Part shown: positions 31,624 to 42,155 of the stretch, piece after piece | Layout: every line of letters begins with the position of its first letter | Numbering within the stretch: position 1 is the stretch's first letter | Source: Deferrisomatales bacterium | GTDB lineage: Bacteria > Desulfobacterota > Deferrisomatia > Deferrisomatales > JACRMM01 | Direction: 5' to 3' | NCBI GenBank assembly: GCA_033551855.1 | Contig: JAWSUI010000004.1 | Span: 2,673-66,672 of the forward strand | Length of the DNA: 64,000 nucleotides | Made by a program: the position numbers and the translations under genes | The notes under the pieces: model-generated | What the model was told of the DNA's origin: nothing | The model's database searches: none | What the model saw: the letters and a program-made list of their open reading frames with translations, nothing else

Positions 31624-33159
31624 TCAGGACTCGTAGGGGATCGCGAACCCGAAGGTGCTCCCCCGGTCGGGCCTGCTCGTGACCCACATCCGGCCCTTGT
31701 GCAGCTCCACGAGATTCTTCGCGATGGTCAGCCCCACCCCGGAGCCCCCCTCGCTCTTCTTGGTCGGGGGCGCCCCCTGCTGGAACTTGAGGAAGATCCG
31801 TTCCACGTTCTCCTGGCGGATTCCTTTGCCCTGATCGGTGACCTGCACCACGGCGAAGGGGCATCCTCCCTCCTCCGCGGGGCAGTCCTCCTGCGGGCGG
31901 CCGGGCCGACGGTGCGCGAGGCGGCTGCGCACCGTGATCTTGCCCTTCTGGCTGAACTTGATGGCGTTGTCGAGCAGGTTGAACACCACCCGGCGGATCA
32001 GGGTGGGGTCCAGCAGGATCAGGGGAAGGCTCAGGGGCTCGAACTGGAGCTCGAGCCCCTTCTCCTTGGCGCGGGGCTGGAGGGAAGCGACGGCGGAGCG
32101 GATCAGCTCGTTCAGGTCCGTGGGGACGGCGTCCAGCTCCACGGTGCCGTGCTCGATGTCCTTGAGGGAGAAGATGTTCTCGAGGATGAGCTGGAGGTGC
32201 TTGCCGTTGGCCTCGATCAGCTCCAGATCGGTGCGCTGCTCGGGGGCCAGGCCCGCCTGGGCCTCCTTCAGGAGGAGGCCGGCGTACCCGATGATGGCGT
32301 TCAGGGGCGTCTTGAGCTCGTGGTTGATGTTGTTGAGAAATTCGTCCTTGACCCGGTTGGCCTCCTCCAGGTGGGCGTTCTGGGCCCGGAGCTCTTCCAG
32401 GGCCGTCTGGAGGGCGCCGGTGCGTTCCTGCACCCGCTCCTGGAGCTCCTGGTTGTTCCGGGAGATCTCGCTCTTGGCCTGCTCCAGGCGTCTCGTGCGC
32501 ACCCGGACCCGCTCCTCGAGCTTCCGGTTCGCGCTCCGCAGCTCCTGCAGGAGCTGCCCCTGGGAAAGCGCCACCGCCAGATACCCTGACAGGATCCGCC
32601 ACACGGGCAGGCGGTGGGTGTCCAGACCCTGGGGCGCGGGGTGGCTGAGGCACACGACGCCCAGGGGCTTGTCCCGGCAAAGGAGGGGCAGGCAGGCCAG
32701 GCTGCCCACCGGGGTTCCCCCTTCACGGGGGACGAACCGCGCGTCCGCGGAGACGTCGTCGGCGCTCAGGTCCTCACCCTCCGCCAGGCAGGCGCCGGCG
32801 AGCCCTTCCCCCACGTGGAACAGGCGCTGGGGTGCTCCCTGCGGGCCGTAGTAGGTGGCCCTCGCCTCGGATCTTCCCTGACGGGCGAAGAGGACCAGCT
32901 CTTCCGCCGCCTCCGCGTACAACAGGATCGAGACGTGCTGCGCGCGGGAGGCCCGGAAGAAAAGGGGCAGGGCGTGGTCGGCCAGATCTTCCAGGCGCTG
33001 GACGCGCTCGAAGAGCTCCCCGAGCTGGCGCACGATCCCCAGCTCCTCGATGCGCGACTCCAACTCCCGGGAGGAGCTGCGAAGGGCGCGGGCGTAAAGC
33101 TCCCGCTGCTGCTCCACCCGTTGGAGGGTCTCCACGCCGGCGGGATCGGTCAGGGGCAT
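31624..33159 (-). CDS. GAF-domain sensor histidine kinase
   Basis: GAF (GEGLAG), coiled coil, NHELKTPLN, NLLDNAIKF, GSGVGL. Confidence 0.88.
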   Translation of the reverse strand: MPLTDPAGVETLQRVEQQRELYARALRSSSRELESRIEELGIVRQLGELFERVQRLEDLADHALPLFFRASRAQHVSILLYAEAAEELVLFARQGRSEARATYYGPQGAPQRLFHVGEGLAGACLAEGEDLSADDVSADARFVPREGGTPVGSLACLPLLCRDKPLGVVCLSHPAPQGLDTHRLPVWRILSGYLAVALSQGQLLQELRSANRKLEERVRVRTRRLEQAKSEISRNNQELQERVQERTGALQTALEELRAQNAHLEEANRVKDEFLNNINHELKTPLNAIIGYAGLLLKEAQAGLAPEQRTDLELIEANGKHLQLILENIFSLKDIEHGTVELDAVPTDLNELIRSAVASLQPRAKEKGLELQFEPLSLPLILLDPTLIRRVVFNLLDNAIKFSQKGKITVRSRLAHRRPGRPQEDCPAEEGGCPFAVVQVTDQGKGIRQENVERIFLKFQQGAPPTKKSEGGSGVGLTIAKNLVELHKGRMWVTSRPDRGSTFGFAIPYES

Positions 33160-33194
33160 CGAAGCTCCTGGATAGGGAGGGCAGGGGGGCGTCC

Positions 33195-34007
33195 TCAGGA
33201 GATGGCCCGGTAGAACTCTTCGGCCTCGAGCCGCGCCTCCTTGATCCTGCCCTTCAGAAGGTCCCCGAGGGGTGCGGTCACGATCTCGCCGATCGGGGGC
33301 TCTCGGCCCCGGGCGGCGGCATGGGAGGCCGCCACGACCTCGAGGGGTGCCTGGAGCTCGTCCCGCAGGGCCTCGCCGTCATGATGGTGGCGAACCAGGG
33401 CGCTCATCCAGGGGGGAAGGCTCCAAGAGGCCAACAACTCGCCTCCCGCCTCGGCGTGGTCCCTCCCGAAGCGCAGAAGCTCCCGGGCGCGCAGGTCCTC
33501 GCTGGAGGTGGACTCCTCCAGGTCCTTACCGTACCCCGCGGCGTCCTCGGCCAGGAAGAGGATCTTGCCCACGTCGTGGAGCAGGCCCGCCAGGAACAGG
33601 GCGTCGGGGTCGAGGCGCAGCAGTCGCGGCGGCAACGTCTTGGCGAGGACGCGGCAGCCCATGCCGCAGAGGTAGGAGTGCACCCACACGTCTTCCACCG
33701 TGGCGGGGAGGCGCCTGCCGCGCCAGGCGCGAAGCAGGGAGGCCCCGAGGGCGACGGCCTGGACCGTGACCTCCCCCAGCAGCACAACGGAGCGCTGCAG
33801 GGTGCCGACATGCCCCACGAAGCCGTAGTAGGCGGAGTTGGCGAGCCGCAAGAGCCGTGCGGAGAGGCCGGGGTCCGCCTCCAGGACCGCCACGATGTCG
33901 TCGGCGGTGTACTCCTCGTCGGCGTACAGGGCCAGGAGCCGCGCGACCACGATCGGGAGGGTCGGGAGGGGTCCTTCCGGGGCCGCTCGGTCGGGGACGG
34001 CCGCCAT
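33195..34007 (-). CDS. HDOD domain protein
   Basis: LPTLP, DPGLSARLLRLANSAYYG, GLLHDVGK, DHAEAG. Confidence 0.88.
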   Translation of the reverse strand: MAAVPDRAAPEGPLPTLPIVVARLLALYADEEYTADDIVAVLEADPGLSARLLRLANSAYYGFVGHVGTLQRSVVLLGEVTVQAVALGASLLRAWRGRRLPATVEDVWVHSYLCGMGCRVLAKTLPPRLLRLDPDALFLAGLLHDVGKILFLAEDAAGYGKDLEESTSSEDLRARELLRFGRDHAEAGGELLASWSLPPWMSALVRHHHDGEALRDELQAPLEVVAASHAAARGREPPIGEIVTAPLGDLLKGRIKEARLEAEEFYRAIS

Positions 34008-35224
34008 CAGCTCATCTTTCCCGAAGCGTCGGCGCGGGGAAAGTGGATGCGGAACGTCGTTCCCGTGCCGACCGCGCTGTGCAGCTCCACCCGTCCCCCC
34101 ACGTCATCCAGAATCTGCTTGACGATGTACAGCCCCAGGCCCGTGCCCTGGCCCCGGGGCTTGGTGCTGAAGAACGGGGTGAAGAGGCGGTCCTGGTACT
34201 CGGGGTGGATGCCCGCCCCGTTGTCCGAGACTTCCACCCAGACGAGCCCGTTGCCGTTGTGCCCGGCGTCGAGCCGCACCGTTCCGAGGAACCCGTTGCC
34301 CTGGGAGAGCCTCCGCTCCTCGACGGCCTGGGCGGCGTTGCGCAGCAGGTTGAGGAACACGTGGTGCAGCTGGCCCTCGCTCGCCCAGACCGACGGCAGC
34401 CCGGCCGGGAGCTTCTGCAGCACCTGGACGCCGCGGGTGCGGAACTCGTGCTCCGAGAGCAGGACGGCCTCGTCGAGGACCTTGGGGAGGTCCACGAAGC
34501 CCCGGGTCGCTTCCGAGGGGCGGGCGAAGCTTGCCAGGGCCTCGGCCAGGCGCTGGATCCTCTCCACGTTCCGGCCGACCATCTCCATGTGTTGTCGCTG
34601 GGGCCCGGTCTCGGGGGCCTCTCGAAGCAGGAGCTGGACCGCGAAGGAGATGCTGGAGAGGGGGTTGTTGAGCTCGTGGGCGATGCTGGCGGCCATCTCG
34701 CCGAGGCTCGCGAGCTTGTCCTTGTGGCGGATCTGCTCGTGGGAGAGCTTGAGCTGGCCGAGGCTCGACTCGAGCCTGTCCACCAGCTTGCGCGTGTGCT
34801 CCCGCAGGTAGCGGCGCTCCTCGGCCGCGGGTACCTTCTCTCGCCGGCCCTTCAGGTACTCCCTTATCCGCTGGGGGAACGAGTGGATGTCGATCGGCTT
34901 GGGGATGTAGCCGTCGCAGCCGGCGGCCAGGGTCCGTTTCCGGTCGCCCTTGAGGGCGTTGACCGTGACGGCGATGATCGGAATGGCCTCGAAGCCTGGG
35001 GTGGCTTTGAGCTTGGTCGCGGCCTCGTAGCCGTCCATGCCGGGCAGGTTGATGTCGAGGAGGATGAGCTCCAGGCGGTCCCGCTCCTCGATGGCCCGCT
35101 GGACCCCCTCGAACCCGTCCCTGGCGTGGAGGACCTCGAACCCCTCGTCGCGGAGGAGTCGCTCGACGAGGCGGTAGTTCGCGGGGTTGTCCTCGATGTA
35201 GAGGATCCTCCGAGTGGACTCCAT
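34007..35224 (-). CDS. hybrid response regulator / histidine kinase
   Basis: N-terminal REC domain, AHELNNPL, FTPFFSTK, GTGLGL. Confidence 0.88.
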   Translation of the reverse strand: MESTRRILYIEDNPANYRLVERLLRDEGFEVLHARDGFEGVQRAIEERDRLELILLDINLPGMDGYEAATKLKATPGFEAIPIIAVTVNALKGDRKRTLAAGCDGYIPKPIDIHSFPQRIREYLKGRREKVPAAEERRYLREHTRKLVDRLESSLGQLKLSHEQIRHKDKLASLGEMAASIAHELNNPLSSISFAVQLLLREAPETGPQRQHMEMVGRNVERIQRLAEALASFARPSEATRGFVDLPKVLDEAVLLSEHEFRTRGVQVLQKLPAGLPSVWASEGQLHHVFLNLLRNAAQAVEERRLSQGNGFLGTVRLDAGHNGNGLVWVEVSDNGAGIHPEYQDRLFTPFFSTKPRGQGTGLGLYIVKQILDDVGGRVELHSAVGTGTTFRIHFPRADASGKMS

Positions 35225-35443
35225 CCCTTCCCCTCTCCGCCTCCTAAGAACTCGGCGTGGGCGGCATTCTATGGAGGACCGGAAATGTTGTAAAGATCAA
35301 ATGTTGCCGCGCAAATGTTTGGTAAAGCCAAAGCGGTGTCTCGATGGGTGCGACGATCGTGTTTTCGTTTGACTCTCCCGGGGGCGGATGCTTTCATAGC
35401 GCCTCTTTCGCAAGCCGGTACCGAGCACAGCGTGGAGGAGGTC

Positions 35444-36535
35444 ATGGGCAACGTCTATCGCATCGCCGTCGTTCCCGGGGACGGCACCGGTCCTGAGGTC
35501 GTGGAGCAGGGGCTCAAGGTCCTGGACGCGGCGGCCGGGGTGTTCGGTTTCGACACCGAGCGCAAGGCCTTCCCCTTTGGAGGCGACCACTACTTGAGGA
35601 CTGGAGAAACCCTCTCGGATGGAGACCTCGAGGAGTTGAGGGGCTACGATGCGATCCTCCTGGGCGCCATCGGTCACCCCGACGTCAAGCCCGGCATCCT
35701 GGAGCAAGGTATCCTGCTGCGCGCCCGCTTCGCCCTGGAACAGTATGTCAACTTGAGGCCGGTGAAGCTCTATGACGGGGTGGAGTCTCCCCTGCGCGAC
35801 AAGGGACCGGCGGACATCGATTTCGTCGTGGTGCGGGAGAACAGCGAGGGGCTCTATGTGGGCTCGGGGGGGTTCCTGCGCAAGGGGACACCGGACGAGA
35901 TCGCGATCCAGGAGTCGGTGAACACCCGCAAGGGCGTGGAGCGCTGCATCCGATACGCCTTTGACTACTGCAGGCAGCGGAACCGTCGGAAGAAGCTGAC
36001 GCTGGTGGGCAAGACCAACGTCCTCACGTACGCCTTCGACCTCTGGGAGCGCACCTTCAACGAAGTGGGAGCGGAGTACCCGGACGTGGAGAGGGACTAC
36101 GCCCACGTGGACGCGTGCTGCATGTGGATGGTCAAGAACCCGGAGTGGTTCGACGTGATCGTCACCGACAACATGTTCGGCGACATCATCACGGACCTGG
36201 GCGCCATGGTGCAGGGGGGGATGGGCGTGGCCGCCGGCGGCAACATCAACCCCAACGGGGTGAGCATGTTCGAGCCCATTGGGGGCTCGGCCCCGAAGTA
36301 CACGGGGCAGAACGTGATCAACCCCCTGGCCGCCATCGCGGCAACCGGCATGCTGCTGGAGCACGTCGGCGAGAAGGAGGCATCACGCCGCGTCGAGGAT
36401 GCCGTGCAGTGGGTGACGTCCAAGAAACTCCACAGCCTGGCGGCGGGGCGGATGGGGTACTCCACCAGCGAGGTTGGGGACCTGATCGTGAGCCACCTGC
36501 GCGGGGCGCAGGTGGCGCCGAATCTCGGGGCTTGA
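35444..36535 (+). CDS. leuB: 3-isopropylmalate dehydrogenase
   Basis: PGDGTGPEV, NLRPVK, RENSEGLY, DNMFGDIITD, FEPIGGSAP. Confidence 0.88.
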   Translation: MGNVYRIAVVPGDGTGPEVVEQGLKVLDAAAGVFGFDTERKAFPFGGDHYLRTGETLSDGDLEELRGYDAILLGAIGHPDVKPGILEQGILLRARFALEQYVNLRPVKLYDGVESPLRDKGPADIDFVVVRENSEGLYVGSGGFLRKGTPDEIAIQESVNTRKGVERCIRYAFDYCRQRNRRKKLTLVGKTNVLTYAFDLWERTFNEVGAEYPDVERDYAHVDACCMWMVKNPEWFDVIVTDNMFGDIITDLGAMVQGGMGVAAGGNINPNGVSMFEPIGGSAPKYTGQNVINPLAAIAATGMLLEHVGEKEASRRVEDAVQWVTSKKLHSLAAGRMGYSTSEVGDLIVSHLRGAQVAPNLGA

Positions 36536-36623
36536 AAAGCGCAGTGATTCGTGAGGGTTCGAAGGGACCGTCCCCGAGAGCCCTCACCTGAAAAACCCCG
36601 TGGATGGGGTTTTTCAGTACTTG
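36511..36623. mobile_element. partial family A element (inverted), overlapping the leuB 3' end
   Basis: Reverse complement matches 26850-26963; contains the leuB TGA. Confidence 0.75.
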
Positions 36624-36813
36624 CTAATGGCCCGTGACACTGGTCGACCCCGAGGAATGAAACGGTAGGGCGGGAGGTTCCCGCGAAGCGGGGCGCACTC
36701 GGCCCATCCATGGGTCTCGCCCTGCGGCGGTCCCGGCGTGCGGAGAGGGGCGGGTTCGTGGCGGTCCCATGACCCGCCTCGTATGCTCCTGCGAGGTGGG
36801 GGCCCCGGCCGCC

Positions 36814-37485
36814 CTACAGGCGAAGCCGGCTCTTCGACTTGGCCCGCTGGCGGGAGGAGGCGTAGACGTAGCCGAGCACCCATCCCAGCAGGAGCACGAC
36901 CACGCCGGAGAAGAACCAGTAGAAGGTCTCCCGGGCCTTCAGGCTCCGGTTCTCCGTGCGCAGCAACTCCAGCTCCGCCAGGGCGTCCTCCTGGGCTCCC
37001 TGCAGCTCTGCCGCCCGTTCCCTCAGCGTCACCACGTCCTGATACGTCGCCTTCCAGTCGGCGAACTCCTTCTCCACTTCGCTGAGCCTGGCCTGGAGTC
37101 GGCTCGCTTCCGCGCCGCTCCGGTCCCGCTCCGTCCGGACCCCATCCAGGGCGCCCCTGTGCTGAGCGGCCTCGGTGCGCAGCGTCTCGAGCTCCCGCAA
37201 GGCCGCCTCGAGCCGGGGGCCCTTGGGCGGCTCGGAGGTGAGGTACCGGGCCACCAGCCACCCCTCCTCCCCCGCGGGCGTGCGCACCCGAGCCCAGCCT
37301 TCCTGCTCCTCGAGGCGCTCCAGGGGGGTCCCGCTCGGCAGCATCCGGATGATGCGGTGGGCCAGGGTCGGCCCGGAGCGCAAGTCCACTTCCAGTTGAT
37401 CCGTCACGAAGAGCCTCGCCGAGGCTGAGGCTGCCAGGGCGACGACGAGCACGAGAACGAGCAGGGCGGTGCGGAGTGCGGGCAT
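36814..37485 (-). CDS. SH3-domain protein (TIGR04211/YgiM-like)
   Basis: Signal peptide, 'TDQLEVDLRSGP' SH3b, coiled coil, C-terminal TM 'WFFSG'. Confidence 0.82.
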   Translation of the reverse strand: MPALRTALLVLVLVVALAASASARLFVTDQLEVDLRSGPTLAHRIIRMLPSGTPLERLEEQEGWARVRTPAGEEGWLVARYLTSEPPKGPRLEAALRELETLRTEAAQHRGALDGVRTERDRSGAEASRLQARLSEVEKEFADWKATYQDVVTLRERAAELQGAQEDALAELELLRTENRSLKARETFYWFFSGVVVLLLGWVLGYVYASSRQRAKSKSRLRL

Positions 37486-37540
37486 GGGGGGCTCCTGATG
37501 GGGGAGGTGCCTGGATACAACAGGAGCTTCCCCAGCGTCA

Positions 37541-37585
37541 AGGCGCAGGGCTGACAGTCGCAGGGCTGACAGGCGCAGGGCTAAC
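37541..37585. repeat. 3 x 15-bp tandem repeat
   Basis: aggcgcagggctgac / agtcgcagggctgac / aggcgcagggctaac. Confidence 0.8.
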
Positions 37586-38004
37586 CAGGATGCACCGGCT
37601 GACACGTGCCCGGGGCCGGGGAGCCCCTCCGCTCCGCCCCGCAATCCGCGGCCGTTCGAAGGGGAGACCCCCCAGCCCCCGGTACGCCGGGCTTCACCCG
37701 TTTGCGCCAGATTCGGCGGGTCGGTCGAGGCGGTACGAGGCTGCGCTCCAAGGCTCCCCGGCGCCGCCCGAAAATCTGGTGGTGGATCCTGGCTGACCTG
37801 GATCTGCCGGCTGGTCCGCAAGCGGAGTCCGGGAGCCCCTGCGTTTCACCCCGCAACCCGCGGCCATTCGAAGAGGTGTCGCAGCAGTCCGCGGTGCGTC
37901 GGGCTTCACCCGCTTGCGCCGGCCTCATCGACTCGGTGGAGGCGGTGCGGGGCTGCACTCCTGGGCTCCCGGACTCCGCACCACAACGTGGTGGTGGATT
38001 CTGG
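37585..38004. mobile_element. two tandem 208-bp MITE-like elements (family C): 37585-37792 and 37797-38004
   Basis: TIRs CCAGGATGCACC / GGTGGATCCTGG; shared internal motifs GGGAGCCCCT, CCCCGCAAYCCGCGGCC, CGGGCTTCACCCG. Confidence 0.75.
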
Positions 38005-38130
38005 TCAAGAGGCGCCCGGGGTGCCTGGATCTGCTGCCGCGGCGGGGTCTTTCCGGGGCAACCCGATTCTGTTACCTTCTGGAGCCGACTGGGTGCCGCC
38101 GGACGCGGAGAGACGAGGAGAAGCAACGGG

Positions 38131-38886
38131 ATGGCAGGGCACAGCAAGTGGGCGAACATCAAGCACCGGAAGGGCCGCGAGGACGCGAAGCGGGGAAAGG
38201 CGTTCGCCAAGGTGGCCAAGCAGATCATGGTGGCCGCCAAGCTCGGCGGCGGCGACCCGGAAGCGAACCCCCGGCTCCGGCTCGCGATCGACAAGGCCCG
38301 CGACGTGAACATGCCCAAAGACAACGTGGAGAGGGCGATCCGCAAGGGCACGGGCGAGGGCGGGGAGACCAACTACGAGGAGGCATCCTACGAGGGGTAC
38401 GGACCCGGCGGGGCGGCGGTTCTCGTGGAGGTCCTGACCGACAACCGTAACCGCACCGTCGCCGAGGTGCGCCACGCCTTCAGCAAGAACAACGGGAACC
38501 TGGGGGAGAACGGCTGCGTCGCGTGGCTGTTCGAGGCGAGGGGGTACATCGCGGTGCCCCGGGAGGGGGTGGGCGAAGACCGGATCATGGAAGCCGCCTT
38601 GGAGCTGGGCGCGCTGGACGTGGCGGACGGCGGGGACCTCTGGGAGGTCACCACCGAACCCGAGGACTTCCACGCGGTCAAGGAGGGGCTCCTGGCGGCT
38701 GGGCTCCGGGTCGAGTCCGCGGACCTCACCCGCATCCCCAAGAACACGGTGCGGGTGGAAGGCAAGGAGGCCGAGCAGTTGCTCCGGCTGATGGAGATGC
38801 TCGAGGACAACGACGACGTGCAGCAGGTCTACGCCAACTTCGACATCGACGAGTCGGAGATGGAGCGGCTGGCCGAGGCGGGATGA
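38131..38886 (+). CDS. yebC: YebC/PmpR family protein
   Basis: [38 protein letters not shown]. Confidence 0.95.
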   Translation: MAGHSKWANIKHRKGREDAKRGKAFAKVAKQIMVAAKLGGGDPEANPRLRLAIDKARDVNMPKDNVERAIRKGTGEGGETNYEEASYEGYGPGGAAVLVEVLTDNRNRTVAEVRHAFSKNNGNLGENGCVAWLFEARGYIAVPREGVGEDRIMEAALELGALDVADGGDLWEVTTEPEDFHAVKEGLLAAGLRVESADLTRIPKNTVRVEGKEAEQLLRLMEMLEDNDDVQQVYANFDIDESEMERLAEAG

Positions 38887-39392
38887 TTCGGGTCCTGGGC
38901 ATCGACCCCGGCTCGCGCACCACGGGATACGGGGTCGTGGAGATGCAGGGCAACCGCCTGGCCCACGTCGCCCACGGGGCGATCTCCGGGGGTAGGGAGG
39001 AGAGCCTGGGCCCGAGGCTCGCGGCCATCTACCGTGGGCTGCGGGAGGTGCTGGAGGCGTACCGCCCCCAGGAGATGAGCGTGGAGGGCATCTTCCACGC
39101 CCGCAACGCCCAGTCGGCGCTGAAGCTGGGCCATGCCCGGGGAGTCGTTCTCCTGACGGCCGAGCTCGCGGAGGTCCCGGTGACCGAGTACACCCCCATG
39201 CAGGTCAAGTCCGCCGTGGTCGGCTACGGGAAGGCCGAGAAGCGCCAGGTCCAGGACATGGTCCGCCGGCTCCTCGGGCTCCCGGAGCCGGCGGGCCCCG
39301 ACGCGTCGGACGCCCTGGCGGTGGCCATCTGCCACCTCCAGACCCGGCGCACGGTGCAGGCCTACGCCGTTCGGCGGGCGGCGCTTCGGTGA
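38883..39392 (+). CDS. ruvC: crossover junction endodeoxyribonuclease
   Basis: [28 protein letters not shown]. Confidence 0.95.
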   Translation: MIRVLGIDPGSRTTGYGVVEMQGNRLAHVAHGAISGGREESLGPRLAAIYRGLREVLEAYRPQEMSVEGIFHARNAQSALKLGHARGVVLLTAELAEVPVTEYTPMQVKSAVVGYGKAEKRQVQDMVRRLLGLPEPAGPDASDALAVAICHLQTRRTVQAYAVRRAALR

Positions 39393-39982
39393 TCGCCAGC
39401 CTCAACGGCCGCCTGGAACGCTCCTCCCCCGGCCAGGTGGTGGTGGAGGTGGGGGGGGTCGGGTACCGTGTGGACGTACCCCTGTCCACCTACTCCGTGT
39501 TGCCCGGGGTCGGCCGGGAGTGCCGCCTGCGGGTGGTTACCGTGGTCCGGGAAGACGAGATCCGCCTCTTCGGGTTCGCCACCGGCGAGGAGGAGGAGCT
39601 CTTCGGGCTCCTCCAGGGGGTCACCGGGGTGGGGCCGAAGCTGGCCCTCAAGGTGCTCTCGGGCCTCAGCGCCGGGAACCTGAGAGCCGCCCTGGCCAAG
39701 GGTGATCTGGGGGTACTCACCTCGGTGCCGGGGGTGGGGAAGCGCCTGGCCGAGCGCCTCGTGGTGGAGCTTCGGGACAAGGTGGGGCCGGCGTTCGAGG
39801 TGCCCGCGCCCACCCCGGCCGCCGGGCAGGCGGAGGCGGACGCCCTGGAGGCGCTGACCGCCCTGGGCTACCCCCCGAAGGTGGCCCGGCGTGCCCTGGA
39901 GGGCGCCCGGAAGGCCGGGGTCGAAGCGGTGGAGGACCTGGTGCGCGAGGCCCTGCGGGGGCTCGCGGGGAAGCGGCCTTAA
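39389..39982 (+). CDS. ruvA: Holliday junction branch migration protein RuvA
   Basis: GGVGY, LFGF, GVGPKLA, PGVGKRLAERL. Confidence 0.95.
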   Translation: MIASLNGRLERSSPGQVVVEVGGVGYRVDVPLSTYSVLPGVGRECRLRVVTVVREDEIRLFGFATGEEEELFGLLQGVTGVGPKLALKVLSGLSAGNLRAALAKGDLGVLTSVPGVGKRLAERLVVELRDKVGPAFEVPAPTPAAGQAEADALEALTALGYPPKVARRALEGARKAGVEAVEDLVREALRGLAGKRP

Positions 39983-39988
39983 CCCCCC

Positions 39989-41008
39989 ATGGACGACCTC
40001 ACTCGCGCGGTGGCGCCCGATCACCTGGAGGAGGATGCCCTCGCAGGCAACCTCCTGCGCCCTCCACGTCTGGACGACTACGTGGGCCAGGAGCGCTTGA
40101 GGGCGAACCTGCGGGTGTTCATCGAGGCGGCCCGGCGGCGGGGGGAGGCCCTGGACCACGTGCTCCTGAGCGGCCCGCCGGGCCTGGGGAAGACCACCCT
40201 GGGCTACATCATCGCCTACGAGATGGGGGTCGACATCGAGACCACCTCCGGGCCGATCCTGGAGCGCCCAGGGGACCTGGCGGCCATCCTGACGAACCTG
40301 AAGAAGGGCGACGTGCTCTTCATCGATGAGATCCACCGGCTCAGCCCCGTGGTGGAGGAGATCCTCTACCCGGCCATGGAGGATTTCCAGCTCGACATCC
40401 TCATCGGCCAGGGCCCGAGTGCCCGGTCCATCAAGATCGACCTTCCCCGCTTCACCCTGGTGGGTGCCACCACCCGATCGGGGCTTCTCACGGCGCCCCT
40501 GCGAGACCGCTTCGGGGTGGTGAGTCGCTTGGAGTACTACACCCCGGAGGAGCTCCAGGTCATCGTGCGCCGCTCGGCCCAGATTCTCGACATCCGGGTG
40601 GCGGACGACGGCGCGTGGGAGATCGCCCGGAGGAGCCGCGGGACGCCCCGGATCGCCAACCGCCTGCTCAAGCGCGTGCGGGATTTCGCCGAGGTGCGCC
40701 ACGGCGGCGTGGTGGACCGGGCCAGCGCGGACCAGGCGCTCTCGGCCCTCGACGTGGATGGGGCGGGCCTCGACCGGATGGACCGGCGGATCCTCCTCAC
40801 GATCATCGAGAGCTTCCGGGGGGGGCCGGTGGGCATCGACACCCTCTCAGCCTCGGTCAGCGAGCAAAAGGACACCCTGGAGGACGTCTACGAGCCCTAT
40901 CTCCTCCAGCAGGGGTACCTGATACGCACCGCCCGCGGGCGCATGGCCACCGAGGCGGCCTACCGCCACCTGGGCCGTCCACCGCCGGCCCAGGGCGCGC
41001 TCTTCTAA
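39989..41008 (+). CDS. ruvB: Holliday junction branch migration helicase RuvB
   Basis: [32 protein letters not shown]. Confidence 0.97.
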   Translation: MDDLTRAVAPDHLEEDALAGNLLRPPRLDDYVGQERLRANLRVFIEAARRRGEALDHVLLSGPPGLGKTTLGYIIAYEMGVDIETTSGPILERPGDLAAILTNLKKGDVLFIDEIHRLSPVVEEILYPAMEDFQLDILIGQGPSARSIKIDLPRFTLVGATTRSGLLTAPLRDRFGVVSRLEYYTPEELQVIVRRSAQILDIRVADDGAWEIARRSRGTPRIANRLLKRVRDFAEVRHGGVVDRASADQALSALDVDGAGLDRMDRRILLTIIESFRGGPVGIDTLSASVSEQKDTLEDVYEPYLLQQGYLIRTARGRMATEAAYRHLGRPPPAQGALF

Positions 41009-41066
41009 ACGTCGGTCCCATGCCCGCGGGATGCTCCCGCCTGGCCCCCTGAAAGGCTTTCCCCGC

Positions 41067-42155
41067 GTGATCCCTCCGCCCCCGCCCCACCGAAGGTCCA
41101 CCCGGCCCCTGCGCCTGGGAAGAGTCGCTGTCGGCGGGGGGGCCCCGGTGAGCGTCCAGTCCATGTGCTCCACCGATACCCGGGATTCCGAGGCCACCCT
41201 GTCCCAGATCCGCCGCTTGGAGACCGCGGGCTGCGAGATCGTCCGGGTCGCCGTGCCCGATGCCGATGCCGCCGCGGCCCTGGTCCCCATCCGCCGGGGG
41301 ACGAAGACGCCCCTCGTTGCCGACGTGCACTTCGACCACCGCCTTGCCCTAGCCGCCCTGGAGGCCGGGGTCGACGGCCTGCGCCTGAACCCGGGGAACA
41401 TCGGGGCCCGTTGGAAGGTCGAGGAGGTGGTGCGGGCCGCTCGGGAGCGGAGCGTGCCCATCCGGATCGGGGTGAACGCCGGGAGCCTGGAGAAGGCGCT
41501 CCTGGAGCGGTTCGGCGGGCCTCGCCCGGAGGCCTTGGTGGAGAGCGCCCTCGGCCACGTCCGGCTCCTCGAGGACCTCGGCTACCGTGAGATCAAGGTG
41601 AGCCTCAAGGACTCGAACGTGCCCCGGACCGTGGAGGCCTACCGGGTCCTCGCCGGGCAGTGCGACTACCCCTTCCATGTGGGTATCACGGAGGCGGGTA
41701 CCCTGCTGCGGGGTGCGGTGAAGAGCGCCGTGGGGCTGGGAATCCTGTTCTACCTGGGCCTCGGCGACACCGTGCGGGTCAGCCTCACCGGGGACCCGGA
41801 GCCGGAGGTGGGGGTGGCCTACGGTATCCTGCGGGCCCTGGGGCTCCGGGCCCGGGGGGTCGAGGTCATCTCGTGCCCCACCTGCGGCCGCACCCGGGTC
41901 GGTCTCGCGGCCCTGGCCGAAGAGGTCGAGAGCCGGCTGGCCTCGGTCTCCGCGCCGCTCACGGTGGCGGTGATGGGGTGCGAGGTCAACGGCCCGGGGG
42001 AGGCCCGGGAGGCCGACGTGGGCGTGGCCTGCGGAAGGGGTGCCGGCCTGCTCTTCCGCCGCGGCCAGGTCGTCCGCAAGGTCCCCGAAGCGGAGATCGC
42101 CGACGCCCTCGTCGCCGAGGTGGAAGCGCTGGCAGGGGGGCATCGAGATGGTTGA
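41067..42155 (+). CDS. ispG: 4-hydroxy-3-methylbut-2-en-1-yl diphosphate synthase
   Basis: SVQSM, RLNPGNIG, RIGVNAGSL, SCPTCGR, MGCEVNGPGE; start approximate. Confidence 0.95.
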   Translation: MIPPPPPHRRSTRPLRLGRVAVGGGAPVSVQSMCSTDTRDSEATLSQIRRLETAGCEIVRVAVPDADAAAALVPIRRGTKTPLVADVHFDHRLALAALEAGVDGLRLNPGNIGARWKVEEVVRAARERSVPIRIGVNAGSLEKALLERFGGPRPEALVESALGHVRLLEDLGYREIKVSLKDSNVPRTVEAYRVLAGQCDYPFHVGITEAGTLLRGAVKSAVGLGILFYLGLGDTVRVSLTGDPEPEVGVAYGILRALGLRARGVEVISCPTCGRTRVGLAALAEEVESRLASVSAPLTVAVMGCEVNGPGEAREADVGVACGRGAGLLFRRGQVVRKVPEAEIADALVAEVEALAGGHRDG

